Origin: Hypanus sabinus
Taxonomy: Eukaryota
Reading direction: 5' to 3'
DNA: 64,000 nucleotides
Assembly (NCBI RefSeq): GCF_030144855.1
Contig: NC_082707.1
Span: 33,542,001 to 33,606,000 of the forward strand
The first letter of the stretch is position 1, and the number at the start of each line of letters is the position of its first letter. The notes beneath the pieces are model-generated. The model did not search any database, was not told where the DNA came from, and saw only the letters and a program-made list of their open reading frames with translations. A program made the position numbers and the translations under genes. Shown here piece by piece: positions 48,900-63,021 of the stretch.

Positions 48900-49177
48900 A
48901 GTGGAAGCCCGAAGGCACATACTCAGCGATTCAGGAACAGCTTCTTCCCCTCCGACTCCTAAATGGACAATGAACCCGTGAAACCTACCTCACTTTAAAA
49001 AAATAATATTATTTCTGTTTTTGCATGATTTTTAATTTATTCATTAAACACGTACTGTAATTGATTTATTAATTATTATTAATAATTTCCCCATATTATG
49101 TATTGCATTGAACTGCTGCTGCTAAGTTAAGTTACACGACACATGCCGGTGATAATAAACCTGGTTCTGATTCTGAT
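48900..49177 (+). mobile_element. Rex1/Babar 3' fragment
   Basis: CGATTCAGGAACAGCTTCTTCCCC, 3'UTR and (TTCTGA)n tail. Confidence 0.88.
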
Positions 49178-49280
49178 TTTGATAAACTGCCCGGGACTTC
49201 TGGAATATAGCAATAATCACAATGTAAAATCTATAAAAAGCATCCTTTAATTCTAAATTGCAAATCTATTCTCATTAGGG

Positions 49281-49300
49281 GTGTGTGTGTGTGTGTGTGT
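49281..49300. repeat. (GT)10 microsatellite
   Basis: Directly visible. Confidence 0.95.
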
Positions 49301-49644
49301 CAGTGTGGTAATGTTCTTGTAATTTAATTAATTTTTGGGAATAGGCAAACTTGGACACATGGGAGATAATTTCCATTAAGTGGTCGGAGAGATGATTTTT
49401 TTAAAAAAAAGCTTGTAATACCTTCCTGAATTAACAAAGCCACCTCTTTTATCTATGCCTTCAAGATATTTTGACTTTTGTCATTTGATTTGGGAAATCT
49501 TCCTCGAGGCTATGAAGCCATGTTGTGAGATTGTACACATGTCACAAGACATAGTAGTTGGTCTAGTTTTTAAGCAAAACAAAACAAAATCCAGATGCAA
49601 AGGTGATAGAAAGAGCTCCATTTACTGAGGCAATATGAGCAAAC

Positions 49645-50250
49645 AAGTTCAAGTTCAGTTTAGTGTCATTCAACCATGCACATGTATATCACCAAATGAA
49701 ACAACACTCCTCCAGACCAAGATGCACAACACAGTACATATAGTTCACACACATATCACATACAGTAATATTACCACAAATAAATTAACAAATAATAAGG
49801 TGCATTTATGACACAAGTTAAAAAGTAAATAGTATAACGCTACTGGCGCTTCATACATGATGAGACCTGGATAGTGGTAGGAAGTTTAGTAGTCTTACGA
49901 TCTTGGTATGAAGCTGTTTCCCATTCTACCAGTTCTCATCCTAATGCTACGGTACCTCCTGCCTGATGGTAGGGGGTCAAAGAGATTGTTTGACAGATGG
50001 GAGGGATCATTGACAATGCTAAGGGCCCTGTGTATGCAAAGCTCCTGACAAATATCAGTAATAGGAGGAAGCAAGACTCTAACAATCCTATCAGCAGACC
50101 CCGCAATCCTTTGTAAGGACTTGTGGTCAGATGCCTTGCAATTCCGTCCCAGACAGAGATGCAGCTGCTAAGGATACACTTAATGGTGTTCCTGTAAGAA
50201 TTGGTTAAAATGAGGGGCAGGGAGCCTCATGCACCTCAGTCTCCTCAGTA
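49645..50250 (-). mobile_element. Rex1/Babar 3' fragment, (AACTTG)n-tail subfamily
   Basis: CAAGTTCAAGTTCAG tail; GTACCTCCTGCCTGATGGTAG (rc LPSGRRY). Confidence 0.85.
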
Positions 50251-50344
50251 TTGCTGCTGCCTACCAAATGCTTAGATGTGTGATAGTAAGAGAATTTTTA
50301 AAAAATAAGTGTTTTTTTAAGTCAATCTTTTCCTCATTTGCAAC

Positions 50345-50840
50345 AGAAAAAAATAGATACAGAAAGTGCAGAAGCCGTCAGTAGGTCAGATTGTATCCAT
50401 GGAAAGGAAATGGTCAGTCTTTCAGATCAAGAACCCTCCATCAGAACTCAAAGTGAGAAAACAAATGAACTTTAAGTTTTAGAAAAGGGAGAACAGAGGG
50501 AATAATTGTGATAGAATACAGACTAATGATGTAAAGATAGCTATTAGGAGTATGAAAGAGAAAAGAATGCATTGAAATGAAAAGTATTTAGCAACATGTA
50601 TTGTTTGACCTATAATCCCACAATTACCTGTAATTGTTTAATTCCGTATCAAGTTTCAAATCCTCAAAATTGCCCAGAACAAAGGTGAGGTACTTTTTCT
50701 TGAGTTTGTACTAAGAAAGATCATGGTAGGAAATCGAAGACATTGATCAAAGTGGAGAGATAAGGACAATTAAAGTAAAGAGGGATTTGAAATTCAGCAT
50801 CATCCTTGCAATCTGAACACAAGTGTTCTGCAAGGCAACA
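50345..50840 (-). mobile_element. Highly decayed PLE (pLTR + GIY-YIG end)
   Basis: CAGTAGGTCAG..ATCCATGGAAAGG..CCCTCCATCAG; CTGAACACAAGTGTTCTGCAA. Confidence 0.55.
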
Positions 50841-53254
50841 TTGCGATTTACCACCTCAGATTTGCATCTTTACATTGACACCACAAGGTCACTTAAGCTA
50901 ATGAAATGATGTAGGCAAAGATATCTCCATTTTTCCATTTAAAGATTTGTCCATAGAAAGTCTGCCTACGTTCCCACAAGGCTTTGGAAGAAGATGGAGG
51001 TTCTTTAAATCTGATATCCCCTGATTATTTTCAGTAGGAAGATGGAGGACAAGGGACAGAGGGTTCTTTAATGCTCACTACAACAAATTGTGAGCTGTCT
51101 GTCTCCATAAGCAAGCCTTCTCTGAGTGTCTAAAATGTTGATTATAACTGCAGGGGGTTCCAGTGAGTTCTAGTCTGGGTTTAGTCCAGGAACTAGTCTG
51201 GGCTTATTTTGTCTTCTGTCTCAGATGGAACTGTCCTGAAGGCAGTGACAGAGTGGCTGCATCTTCTCCAATACTCCCTGATTACATCAAACAAGAGAAA
51301 GCAGGAAAGGAAGGGACCTCCCATATGATGCTGGCAAGTACTTGGCATGTTTGAAAAAAGTTGGGCCTAACATTCCTAATATAGTATCTGCCTGAGTGCT
51401 GTGGATATTTTCTTCATTAATTCTATCCAAAAGAAACAAGAATAAATGATAAATTTCCCATTCGTGATTACACAGAAATTGAATCATTCCTGCCGTTTCT
51501 CAGCTGTTCAGAAATCTCTGGAAGTGTAGCAGGTCCAACACCATCTGAACATAACAGATTTACTTCAATGATCCAAAGGGACAATAGTTTCATTTGTAAA
51601 GTTAAACCTTTCTGCAATTAATCCAATTGAAGTTAGATTTAATACATAGAGGTATTTTTTTTTCTTGGTTACTTGCCAGCCATGTGATAAAGTAGCACAC
51701 AAGCAATTTTCTCTGTTTTAGAAATACAGTTTTGCTTATTAATTACAGCAATCCAAAATTGTGATGTAGATCTTAACATATACACACTGCTTAACATGGT
51801 CAATTAAGGATGACCATGTTTAGTTACCCTTCATGCTAACCAAAAAAAGAATGCATTTATTTCCTTATTTTGGAAGTAAGATTTTCTAATCTTATTTTAG
51901 ATGTGTAAATCTAATTGTGTTCATATTTTAAACTAAAGTTATTGTTTCTTATTAAAAATTTAATTTGCTCACAAAGATAAGGGTACTGCTGATAGGGGAT
52001 TTCTTCATTTTGATTCAACTTGGAACCAAGCAGATATATTTTGTTGATTGAATCTATAAGAGTAAAACTCTCAATTCACTGCCCCTAAGCATATTTAACT
52101 CAAGGCTTCGAAGATCACCTTCAAAGATGACGTATTCACTTCAAATGCTTCCTTATAATCTGTGAAAAAAATGCAATTCAGAGTCGAATTAAACTCAGCT
52201 TGTGCTATATATTAATTAACTGAGGACTAGGGATGAAATTTTACAAAATTCCTTGCTGTTAAAGTGCCTGAATGACAAAAGGGAGAAAACTATATTTGCA
52301 TAGTCTTGCTGGACTTGAAAGCAGGTTGGGGAAAAGAAAGCCAAACACAATTCCAGCTCTCTCTGCCTAAGTTTAAAATGGCTGAATTAACTGGAACGTT
52401 GGTTTATTTTTCCTGCAGTTGTAACATAATAACTTTAGATTTATTCACCAGCTTTACAGATCCATACTCTAACTAGATCCTTGTAAAATTTACTTTTTAT
52501 GTAAAACTTCAAAACACCATCCTTCTTGTCTCCTGATAGTTGTCTCCTCAGAAACTAAATCAGAAAATGCTGGAAATACTGTATCGGTCAATAGCGTCTG
52601 TAGGGAAGGAAACTCAATTAGTGTTTCAAATTAATGATCTGTCATTCTCAAATTCAGTGTTAATAATTTAAGTTATATGCACCAGTTTGATATTCCTTAA
52701 CCATTTGCAAGTGATTCAAGCAGGTGTTCCAAGAATAAACTTGTAATAATAAATATGTCACCACATGTCTCAACTTGCTGTAGAAAATATTAAATATAAA
52801 TTCTTAACTAAACTTTTAATTGATCTTTTGTTGGTCAGTCATTACAATTGTTCTATTTCATTGGCCATCATCAGTTAATACTCCCTTATTGGTTCTAATT
52901 TGCCTCTGTGAAAATGTTCCTCCACTCAATTTTCTGATGTTTCATAATGACAATCACAAACTTAATAAAGGTAAGTGCCACCAAAGGTTTTCAGCAATTA
53001 AACCACAATGTTGGCTTCAACCATAATAGACTATTTCAACCATAAGTTTGGTTCATTTTATGAAAGCACTATTCTGTTATTTTAGCATTGAAACCATGTT
53101 GTGTTCAAATACACACCTTAATAAATGTTACTATAAGCTGCAATAAGATAAACCTTCCTTCATCTTGTTCCGTTCTCTCTTGAAGACCAATGGTGATGTC
53201 CAGCTATAGTTTATCTGATTCCACTAATTTTCTTTTAAGAGACTCTTGGACTCT

Positions 53255-53410
53255 TAGGTAGACAGACTCTTAGATAGGTACATGGAGCTCAGAAAAATAG
53301 AAGGCCATTCAGTAGGGTAATTCTGGGCAGTTTCTAGAGTAGGTTACATGGTCAGCACGACATTGTGGGCCAAAAATCCTGTAATGTGCTGTAGATTTCT
53401 ATGTTCTATG
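53255..53410 (+). mobile_element. CR1 extreme 3' end
   Basis: GACTCTTAGATAGGTACATGG...CATTGTGGGCC..CCTGTAATGTGCTGTA..TTCTATGTTCTATG. Confidence 0.85.
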
Positions 53411-53480
53411 TGTGAAAATAGATCTAGTTAGTTGCAGTAGGATATGTCCAAAATCTCTCAGATGATTCGCTTTATCGTTC

Positions 53481-55845
53481 ATCAGAATCAGAATCAGGTT
53501 TATTATCACTGGCATGTGACGTGAAATTTGTTAACTTATCAGCAGCATTTCAATGCAATACATAATCTAGCAGAGAGAGAAATTATAATAATAAATAAAA
53601 TTAAACATAATAATGAATAAACAAGTAAATCAATTACATATATTGAATAGATTTTTTTAAATGAGCAAAAACAAAACCACTGTATATTGAAAAAGGTGAG
53701 GTAGTGCCCAAAGCTTCAATGTCCATTTAGGAACTGGATGGCAGAGGGGAAGAAGCTGTTCCTGAATCACTGAGTGTATGCCTTCAGGCTTCTGTATCTC
53801 CTACCTGATGGTAACAGTGAGAAAAGGGCATGCCCTGGGTGCTGAAGGTCCTTAATAATGGATGTTGCCTTTCTGAGACACCACTCCCTAAAGATGTCCT
53901 GGGTACTTTGTAGGCTAGTGCCCAAGATGGAGCTGACTAGATTTACAACCTTCTGCAGCTTCTTTTGGTCCTGTGCAGTAGCCCCTCCATACCAGACAGT
54001 GATGCAGCCTGTCAGACTACTCTCCACGGTACAATTATAGAAGATTCTGAGTGTATTTGTTGACATACCAAATCTGTTCAAACTCCTAATAAAGTATAGT
54101 CGCTGTCTTGCCTTCTTTATGACTACATCAATATGTTGGGACCAGGTAAAAACCTCAGAGATCTTGACACCCAGGAACTTGAAGCTGCTCCCTCTCTCCA
54201 CTTCTGATCACTCTGTGAGGATTGGTATGTGTTCCTTCATCTTACCCTTCCTGAAGTCCACAATCAGTTCTTTTGTCTTACTGACGTTGTGCCAGGTTGT
54301 TGCTGTGGCACCACTCCACTAGTCTGCATTCCACACTTCTGTACACCTTCTCGTCACCACCTGAGATTCTACCAACAATGGTTGTATCGTCAGCAAGTTT
54401 GTAGATGGTACTTGTACTACGCCTAGCCACACAGTCATGTGTATACAGAGAGTAGGGCAGTAGGCTAAGCACACACCCCAAGGTGCACCGGTGTTGATCG
54501 TCAGTGAGGAGGAGATGTTATCACCAATCCGCACAGACTGTAGTCAAGAATCCAATTGCAGAGGGAGGTACAGAGGCCCAGGTTCTGAAACTTCTCAATC
54601 AGGATTGTGGGAATGATGGTATTAAATGCTGAGCTATAGTCGATGAACAGCATCCTGACATAGGTGTTTGTGTTGTCCAGGTGGTCTAAAGCCAATTGGA
54701 GAGCCATTGAGATTGCAGCTGCTGTTGATCTATTGTGACGATAGGCAAATTGCATTAGGTCCAGGTCCTTGCTGAGGCAGGAGTTCAGTCTTGTCATAAC
54801 CAACCAGTCAAAGCATTTCATCACTGTCGATGTGAGCGCTACTGGGCACTAGTCATTAAGCCAACCCACATTATTCTTCTTAGGCACTGGTATAATTGTT
54901 GCCTTTTTGAAGCAAGTGGGAACCTGCTTGTAGCAGTGAGAGGTTGAAAATGTCTTTGAATACACCCGCTAGTTGGTCAGCACAGGTTTTCAGAGCCTTA
55001 CCAGGTACTCCATCAGGACCTTCTGCCTTGCAAGGGTTCACTCTCTTTAAAGACAGTCTAACATCAGCCTCTGAGACTGAGATCACAGGGTCATCAGGTG
55101 CAGCGGAAACAGCTGTGTTCTCCCTTTTATAGCGTGCATTGAAGGCAGTGCGTTCATCTGATAGTGAAGCATCGCTTCCATACATACTATTGGGTTTTAC
55201 TTTGTAGAAAGTAACGTTGCAGACCCTGCCAGAGTTGCCGTGCATCTGATATTACCTCCAAACTCATTCAAAATTGTCTTTTCTCCCTTGAAATAGGCCT
55301 CCGCAAATCATACCTGGTTTTCTGGTACAGGCCTGGGTTGCCAGACTTGAATGCCACAGATCTAGCCTTCAGCAGACGATGTACCTGCTGGTTCACCCAT
55401 GGCTTTTGGTTTGGGAATGTACAGTAAGTCTTTGTAGGCACACACTCGTCCACACAGGTTTTAATGAAGTCAGTAACAACTGCAGCATACTCATCCAGAT
55501 TCGAAGATGAATCCCTGAATATAGTCCAGTCTACCGATTCAAAGCAGTCCTGTAGGCGCTCCTGTGCTTCCCTTGTCCAGACTTTCTTGGTCCTCACTAC
55601 TGGTGTTGCAGTCTTCAGTCACTGCCTATAGTCGCAGAGATCAGACATCCCGAAGTGAGGGCATGGAATAGCACGGTAGGCATTCTTGATGGTGGTGTAG
55701 TAATGGTCCAGTGTGTTGTTTCCTCTGGTATTGCAAGTGCTCTGTTGACAGTAAATGCTTAGTGATTTTTTTTCAGACTGGCTTTGCTAAAATCTCCCAA
55801 AATGATGGTGAAGGCGTTAGGGTGCACTGTTTTGTGCATGTTCAT
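53481..55845 (-). mobile_element. 5'-truncated Rex1/Babar LINE, about 2.4 kb (APE C-terminus + RT + 3'UTR), disrupted
   Basis: [88 protein letters not shown]; (TTCTGA)n tail; possible TSD GTTCATC (53477-53483 / 55840-55846). Confidence 0.96.
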
Positions 55846-55869
55846 CCCATTGCTTGCATCAATAACCAA

Positions 55870-56108
55870 CACAGAGCCCAAGCATTGTGTTGCCACCCTC
55901 CTGGCAGCAACATTGCACACCCTCAATTCACTAACTTTAACTCTAACCATACTTCCTTAGAATATGGGAGCAAACCAGAGCAACCAGAGGAAATCCACAT
56001 GGTCACAGGGAGAACATACAAACTCATTTCATTTAACAGCAGGAATTGAACCCAGATTGGAGATTGTTGGTGCAGTAAAGCAATGCATTAACCATTATGC
56101 TCCTGCAC
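55870..56108 (-). mobile_element. V-SINE
   Basis: GGGAGCAAACCAGAGCAACCAGAGGAAATCCAC..GGAATTGAACCC. Confidence 0.8.
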
Positions 56109-57397
56109 TCTATCTGCATGAGTTTTCGATGCTTTTGTTTTCACAACCCATTAAAACAATACAATAAATTGTAATTTCAGCTAATTAGACATAGAGTGGG
56201 GAGTTGTAGCCCAGAGTGCACTCTATTGTAGCTTCCCAGTCTGCGTCATATTGCAATGGATATAAACTATGCTGACAAGGTCATGAAACTGGTAACATGA
56301 AAGGATGCAGAAGCAGTTTGAAGATCTAAAAGTGATTGCTTTGTTTGATGTTCATCCCATAACTAAAGGACAATGGAGAGCCTTTGGTGAATGACCAAGA
56401 TAGCTGCATGTTCTTTTTACCAACTATTAATTCAGGATCCACCTCAAATCTGACAACACATCTTCAATAAATAGAGATGTTTCAAAGTCTGTTGTTACCT
56501 TGCAGATCTTCCTGTATTTCCACATTTCTAACTTTTGTTGAAGCCTTAATGTATCTTTGGTCAATTCTGATATGTTCAATTATAAATCTGTACAGAGAAT
56601 TGAACTGAACTGATCAATGTATTTATTTATTTGAGGTAAATTATCTCTACTAAAGTCGAGCAAGTAATTTCCATGCCTTTAGAGTGAATTAAAATCTTTG
56701 ATCTACACAGTTGTTTTTGTTGTAAATTCAGGATAATAAGTAGATCAGATAGCTCCTACTCCAGGGTATAACAGCTTTTCTTTCAGTAAACTATTTACTG
56801 AGAAATGTTTCCAATAATTCTTTATAAAAGGAAGTTGTATGCAATCTGGGAAATGAAATGTCAGCCTTCCACATTGCTGAGTAAAGTGCAATTTCTTGAG
56901 AGCCAAGACCTTGTAGTGAGAAGCAACTGCTCGACTGCACATGAAATAGTTGGCTGGTGAGGCAGCTCCTAGATCTGGCTTTTCATGAGTATTCCCAATT
57001 TATTAACAGAAAGAAGAATGGTGGGTTTTTTTCTTTTGAAAAATCTCCAAAAAATTAATTTGACATCTTTGAATTAGCAGTAATATATTTCATTTTAGTC
57101 TCGCTGATAAAATTCACAACTATACTCTGAGGAAGTTGCAGAACATGAAAGGAAGGAAGAAAAGCAGAAAGAAGTGAGAAAGGAGAGAAAATGATTATAT
57201 GTTAAAAGTGGAACTTTGATGTAACAACTCAAGCATGTGTATTGTTAACCCCTTCAATAAAGCTGTGAGTTCACGTTTCACTTGAGTACATGGTGCTGAC
57301 TGCTTCAGGTGACACAAGAAATCTCCAAAACAATCAGAAATTACTCCTTATTGTCTTATTGGCTGTGAAGACCCTTACGTGCAAAGGGGTTTTACAT

Positions 57398-57995
57398 GCA
57401 AAGTTCAAAGTTCAATTGAATTTATTATCGAAGTATATTTATGTCACCAAGTACACCCTGAGATTTGTTTTCATGCGGGCATACTCAGTAGGTCCAAGAA
57501 TCATAATAAAATTAATGGAAGAACGCACCCAAAAGGCTGGGCAAACTGTGCAAATGCAAAATAAAACTAGAAATAATAATAATAAATAAATAAGCAATAA
57601 GAATCATGAAGTTGAGATGAACTGTCCTTGAAAGAGAGCCTGACAGTTGAGGGGTAAGAACTGTTCCTGAGCCTGGTGGTGTTAGTCCTGAGGCGATGGC
57701 AGCAGTAAGAAGAGAGCATGGTGGGTGTCCTTGATGATGGATGATGCTTTCTTTTGACAGCACTATGTGCAGTTATGCACAATGGTGGGGAGGGCTTTAC
57801 TCATGATGGACTGGGCCATATCCATTGCTTTTTGTAGGATTTTCCATTCAAGGGCATTTGTGTTTCCATTCCAGGCTGTGATGTAACCAGTCAATATACT
57901 CTCCACCACACACCTATAGAAGATGGTCATGTCGAATCTTTTCAAATCCCTAAAGAAGCAGAGGTGCTGCTGTGTTTTATTTATAAATGCACTAA
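57398..57995 (-). mobile_element. Rex1/Babar 3' fragment
   Basis: FYRCVVESILTGYITAW.GN...LRTNTTRLRNSSYP; (TTTGAAC) tail. Confidence 0.88.
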
Positions 57996-59847
57996 CTTAA
58001 ACAGATTTAATGCACACTTCAAGAATATGTATAATTTATGAAATGCTTTGGGCGACAGTTTATTTCAATGTTTGAATGCAGGACTTATCATCGGTCACAT
58101 TTTCATAACTTGAAAAACATCTCAGTGCGTTGCAAACCCTTTTACAGAACTGACCAGTATTGCAAATCACTTGTTATAAACAACACCATGATTTTATGGA
58201 AGATCAAGTGCTTCAGTGTTTTAGAGAATGATCTTTTCAACCATTCTTAAACTAGTTCACCTGAGCACAATTTTTTGTCTTTAGAAGAACCTCAACTTAA
58301 TATAAATTAACTATCTAATAAAGATAATTTATCTACTCCTGCTCGTGTACTCTGATAACCATTTTGCAAATGCCTATTTTTTAATCTGTAATATAAATGC
58401 TAAATTCACTGTTATTCAACTAGTATAAAATTAATCATATGTTATCTAACCGGTTGTATTTAATTAACCAACATTTGATAAGTTTTTGTGGATTCACAGA
58501 AGACTTGTCGTTACTCAAGGACTTACTCAAGGGTTTGATCCAGCAATCAAAACTATGCAGCATCCTATACAGAGTGACTGGACTTGTGTATCACTGCAAC
58601 CAATTAGTCTGCAGAATCATTAAGGAGCAGCACTGAGCCCAAACCAAGAAGAATTAAATCTAGCCCCTCATACCCCTCCCATCCATTTACCTATCCAAAC
58701 TTCTCCTAAATGTTGAAATAATTTTAGTATGATTATTTCAATATTTTTATAAGTAGAGAAGCAAAAAAATAACACCTTCCAGATTGTCATGCTTAACCTA
58801 ACACACTAACCTGGTATTACAGTTAAATTTTTGCTATTAGCCTCATTCTTACATTCACAGTAGGTCAAGCCCAATATGCCCACTGCTTGCCCCACATTCA
58901 CAAAGTTCAAACTAAGCAGAAGACGACCAGATTGATCTGTGCTTTATTTTTATGACTGAACACGCTGATCCATGGAAAATAATTCACTCGACAAGTGCCA
59001 GAGTTTCAAAATGCATGTTTAACCCACTTCACTCCCAGTCAAGAAAGGATACCAAGTGATGTTCCATTGGTCAAAGCAGCAACTTACATGGTGTCAGAGC
59101 AATGCATTTTCAACGACACTTATGTTCAGAGATTGACATATCTATTTATAATCCAGCGCAGCTACTTATTGTCTCAAACGTTCAATTGGAAGTCAGACTT
59201 TTATACTTGCTACTAATTTACAACAAAAGAATTGAAAAGTCGTTTTCTGTTGCATTGTAGTCTCCGAAGTATAAAGGCCAGCTCTGATGTTTTACGCTTT
59301 TGAAAAATCCAGAGCCTCGTCACACATTGCTGCAGTTTGCCACAAGTTAATTATTAGTCAGTTTCAATGAATATAATGATTGTGAACCCTATCCTTACAA
59401 ACTATAACCGTACGACCTCATTAATTATAGCATGTTCTCTTCAAGGTGATACTTACATCCATCTGTAAAGCAGTTTGTTCTCTCCATGGATTTGCATTAT
59501 GTGCCCCCACCAGAATGAAATGCCCTTTGTTAGCTGACCAAGTACGTTTTGTCAGTACTGTTGTGAACATGGTCCGCAAAATGTTGATAATTACTTTCTG
59601 ACTGAGTGCTTTAGATTTTTCTCATGGAATGCAGAGGGTGGGGATATCAAGGACATCTCATTGGTATCTGGAGTTCGGGTTAGCTGTCCCAGCTGTTTTC
59701 CCATTGTATTAACTGGAGAACCAAACGTATGTCCTTCACATAAATATTCAATTTCATGATGTCCCTTTTTTTTTCATTTGACCTCCCTTGTTCAATGCAG
59801 CTCTCGGACCATCATCTGTGTGTGTGATACATAGGGTCCATATAATG

Positions 59848-60275
59848 TATCAGGATCAGGTTTAATATCACCAGCAGATGTTATGAAGTGTGTTAACTTT
59901 GTGGCAGCAGTGCAATGCAATACATTATAAATATTTTTAAAAACTGAATTACATTAATTATATATGTGTATATTAACTAGTTAAGTTGAAATAAGTTGTG
60001 CAAAACCAGAAATTTTAAATAAGTTCTGTGGTAGTGTTCATGGTTTCAATGTCCATTTAGAAAACTGATGGCAGAGGAGAAGAAGCTGTTCCAGAATCAC
60101 TGTGTGTGTTTTCAGACTCCAGTACCTCCTTCCTGATGCTAACAAAGAGAATAGGGTATGTCCTGGGCAGTGGGGATCCATCTGAGACACTGACTATTTT
60201 TACAACTTTCAGCAATTTCGATCCTGTGCTGTAGCTCACCCCTCCCCACCAGACAGTGATGCAGCCAGTCAGAAT
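59848..60275 (-). mobile_element. Rex1/Babar 3' fragment
   Basis: ATCAGGATCAGGTTTAATATC tail; ILTGCITVW. Confidence 0.85.
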
Positions 60276-62169
60276 TATATATAGACACACACACACAAAC
60301 CCCATAGTGCTACCTATGGGGTATAACATCTGCCACTCCCTTGATTACCCTTCAAAATTTTTTCCTTTCACTGGTATGCATTCCTCTTACATTCCTTGCC
60401 ATGATTTATATTCAGGGCTTAAAAACAACAATAATTCATCATGGGATATTTCTTTAAAGTTTGGCTGCTGTAAGTATTTTGAATGGCTATTTAAATAAAG
60501 AGTTACGAAATGTATCTTTGGCCCACAGCTTTAAGCACATTATAATCCATTGCCAATAATAAACCAGATAATGCTGGAATAAGTCTGCCCACATTTACCT
60601 GTTGGTTGTAGAGGGTCTGACTCGGAGGCCTGCTGCACTCTGGAGTCTAGAGGTGAAGTGTGGGTGATAGCCAGCAGTGGGTGTAAACTCTCTTCTGAAA
60701 CATCCTAAACAAAAGGCCAAGCTAAAGGAAGAGATTTGCCGTCTGTTAAATCGGTTACAATTTTTAAAAATATTTCCAATATTCTGCGACAATTAAAAGC
60801 TACTAAAATTGTAAGCAATGAAAGATTATTTAAAATTTAAATTAAAAAATGAAGTTAATTGAAATCATAAAAGATAAAAAATAGATAATAAGTAACTAGA
60901 TAATTACAAAACATAATTGAAAAGTCATTGTAAACTTTAATTTCTTCTAACCTGCAGGATTAGAATCCCTACTGAAATCAGTGGGGTTTCTGATCCCAGG
61001 CCAGCTCTGATCTGGCAAAGGATCCAAGGGACAATTCCCCAGCAATTTCCCAGCATTCCAAATCTGTCAACAAGATCAAGACTAACAGTGCAAGTGTCTA
61101 AGTCTGGGATGTACTTCAGTTTGAATGGCCGAATGCCAGAACTGCTGGCCACAGCCAGCAAGTTTCAGCCTATTCATTTCTATTGATGTTAGTATCTGGA
61201 GGGATGTATAACAGGCATCCTGTGCACCCATTTAGTATTACCCATTAAAGACATATTTCTACCCACTACATTCCTTTTCACTCAGCAATTTTCCCCTCAG
61301 CTGCATTAATGCCTGTTTTACTTGCTGCCTGTTGCTATTTAAGAATTTTTAAATAAGTTCTTCATCCTTCTTTAAAAGTTACCTAAGAAATAAGAAAATA
61401 AATTCCATTACTATATTCAAACACACCACCACAAAAAATTAAATGCAGTAGGGCCATTCTACCCCAGTCAAAACCAACCTTGCACACAGGCAAGACCATC
61501 TTCTGAGTATAGCAAAAAGCAAAATTAAAAGAGTTTCAGGAACTCTTTCATAAATTCCTCTCTGGCATCTGTAAGAAGCTAAGCTACGTCTAGGCTCATC
61601 ATCAATTGCAGTCTAAATTTATAACCAGCTGATCCCCCTCAATGCAGAAATGCCATCTTCTCTTCGAAACCTGTCCATGTTTTTTTCCACATGTCTTGGC
61701 AGTGTACAAAAATAATTATTTCTTGTCATCTAGTCTAAGCCCAACTAAAAGTTTGCAGTGCTGCGCATATTCCGCATACTTCGAATCAATCAATGAGTTG
61801 GATGTGGGTGGGCTTGTGATTCACAGCAAACAGTCTATAGTTTGCCAATATAGACTGTAGACTGTCTATAGTCTATATTATCAAATATAGGCTATTTTGC
61901 CAATATTCAACACTGTATTTTTAAAGCAGGGGCGGGGTGAAATGTAATAGAAATTGCAATACATTTTTTCTAATAAAAGCAAGTAACTTATTCAGGAAAA
62001 GACAATGACATAAATTATGCATTTTAAATCAATCTCAGTCACTTACAGCGATAATTGACAGGGGAACTATCCAATACCCTCCACTCCGACTGGTTGCAGC
62101 AATGTTATCATAAGCAGCTGAAAATTATACATCTGTTTCCACTAATTTTAGCTTTATTTTACATTGAAA

Positions 62170-62620
62170 GTGGTTTAACTGTTTTTACCTTTATTTCAAG
62201 GGGAATGTGGTATATAAGTAAGGATGTTTGACTGCAAATTTATGTTTCATGAGTGAGACCTTCCCTGGAATGTGTTGCAAGATTTTGGTCCCCTTACTTA
62301 AAGAAGGACATGCTTCCCATATGGAAAGTGAAGAGCCGATTCACAAAATTAAAGGTAGGAAGGTATTACCCAATGATTCAAGATTAGGCAGACTGGGTTT
62401 GTACACTTCAAAGTTTAGAAAACGATCTTTCTGAAGGATGACAAAATCTTGCAGGAACTTGACAGAGTTTGAGGATTAAAAAAAAAATGTCCTGTTGAGA
62501 TCAATATGAAGAGGAATTTCTTTCATCAGAGATTCGTGAAATATGGGAATCTCTAACTAGGATTCTGTACGGAATGAGTCACTATATTCAAAGCTGAATC
62601 GATTTCAAGTTGATAGACAG
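62170..62620 (+). mobile_element. Old CR1 3' relic
   Basis: TTTTGGTCCCCTTACTTAAAGAAGGA (FWSPYLKKD); RLGRLGLYTSKFR. Confidence 0.7.
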
Positions 62621-63021
62621 CAAAATGAAAGAGGACGGTTAGAAGTGTGTTGGTATAGTTACACTTGGAAGTAATTTTGGCACAAGTGAGACCTTGAGCA
62701 GGAGATTCATTAAATGGATATAGAGTCAAGTATTACCACAAAGCTGCAAAGGTACAGCTTTAAGGATGGTGCAAACACATAGTCCTGAGTTTGTTTTCAC
62801 TGGTATGATACCAGTGTAGAGTAGGTTCAATCAGACAGAAGCCAGGTAGGGAGGTGGCTCTAGAATGAAGTTTGTTACAGTGACTAAAGACAGTGTCACC
62901 AGTATTGAAATTTACTTCGCATGTGGTTAATTCATGCAAATTTATTGAGAAGTACAAAAAAAATGAGCCAAGATGGCAAGGTAAATATAAAATATCTGTA
63001 GTCAGTAATAGAGAAACAAAT

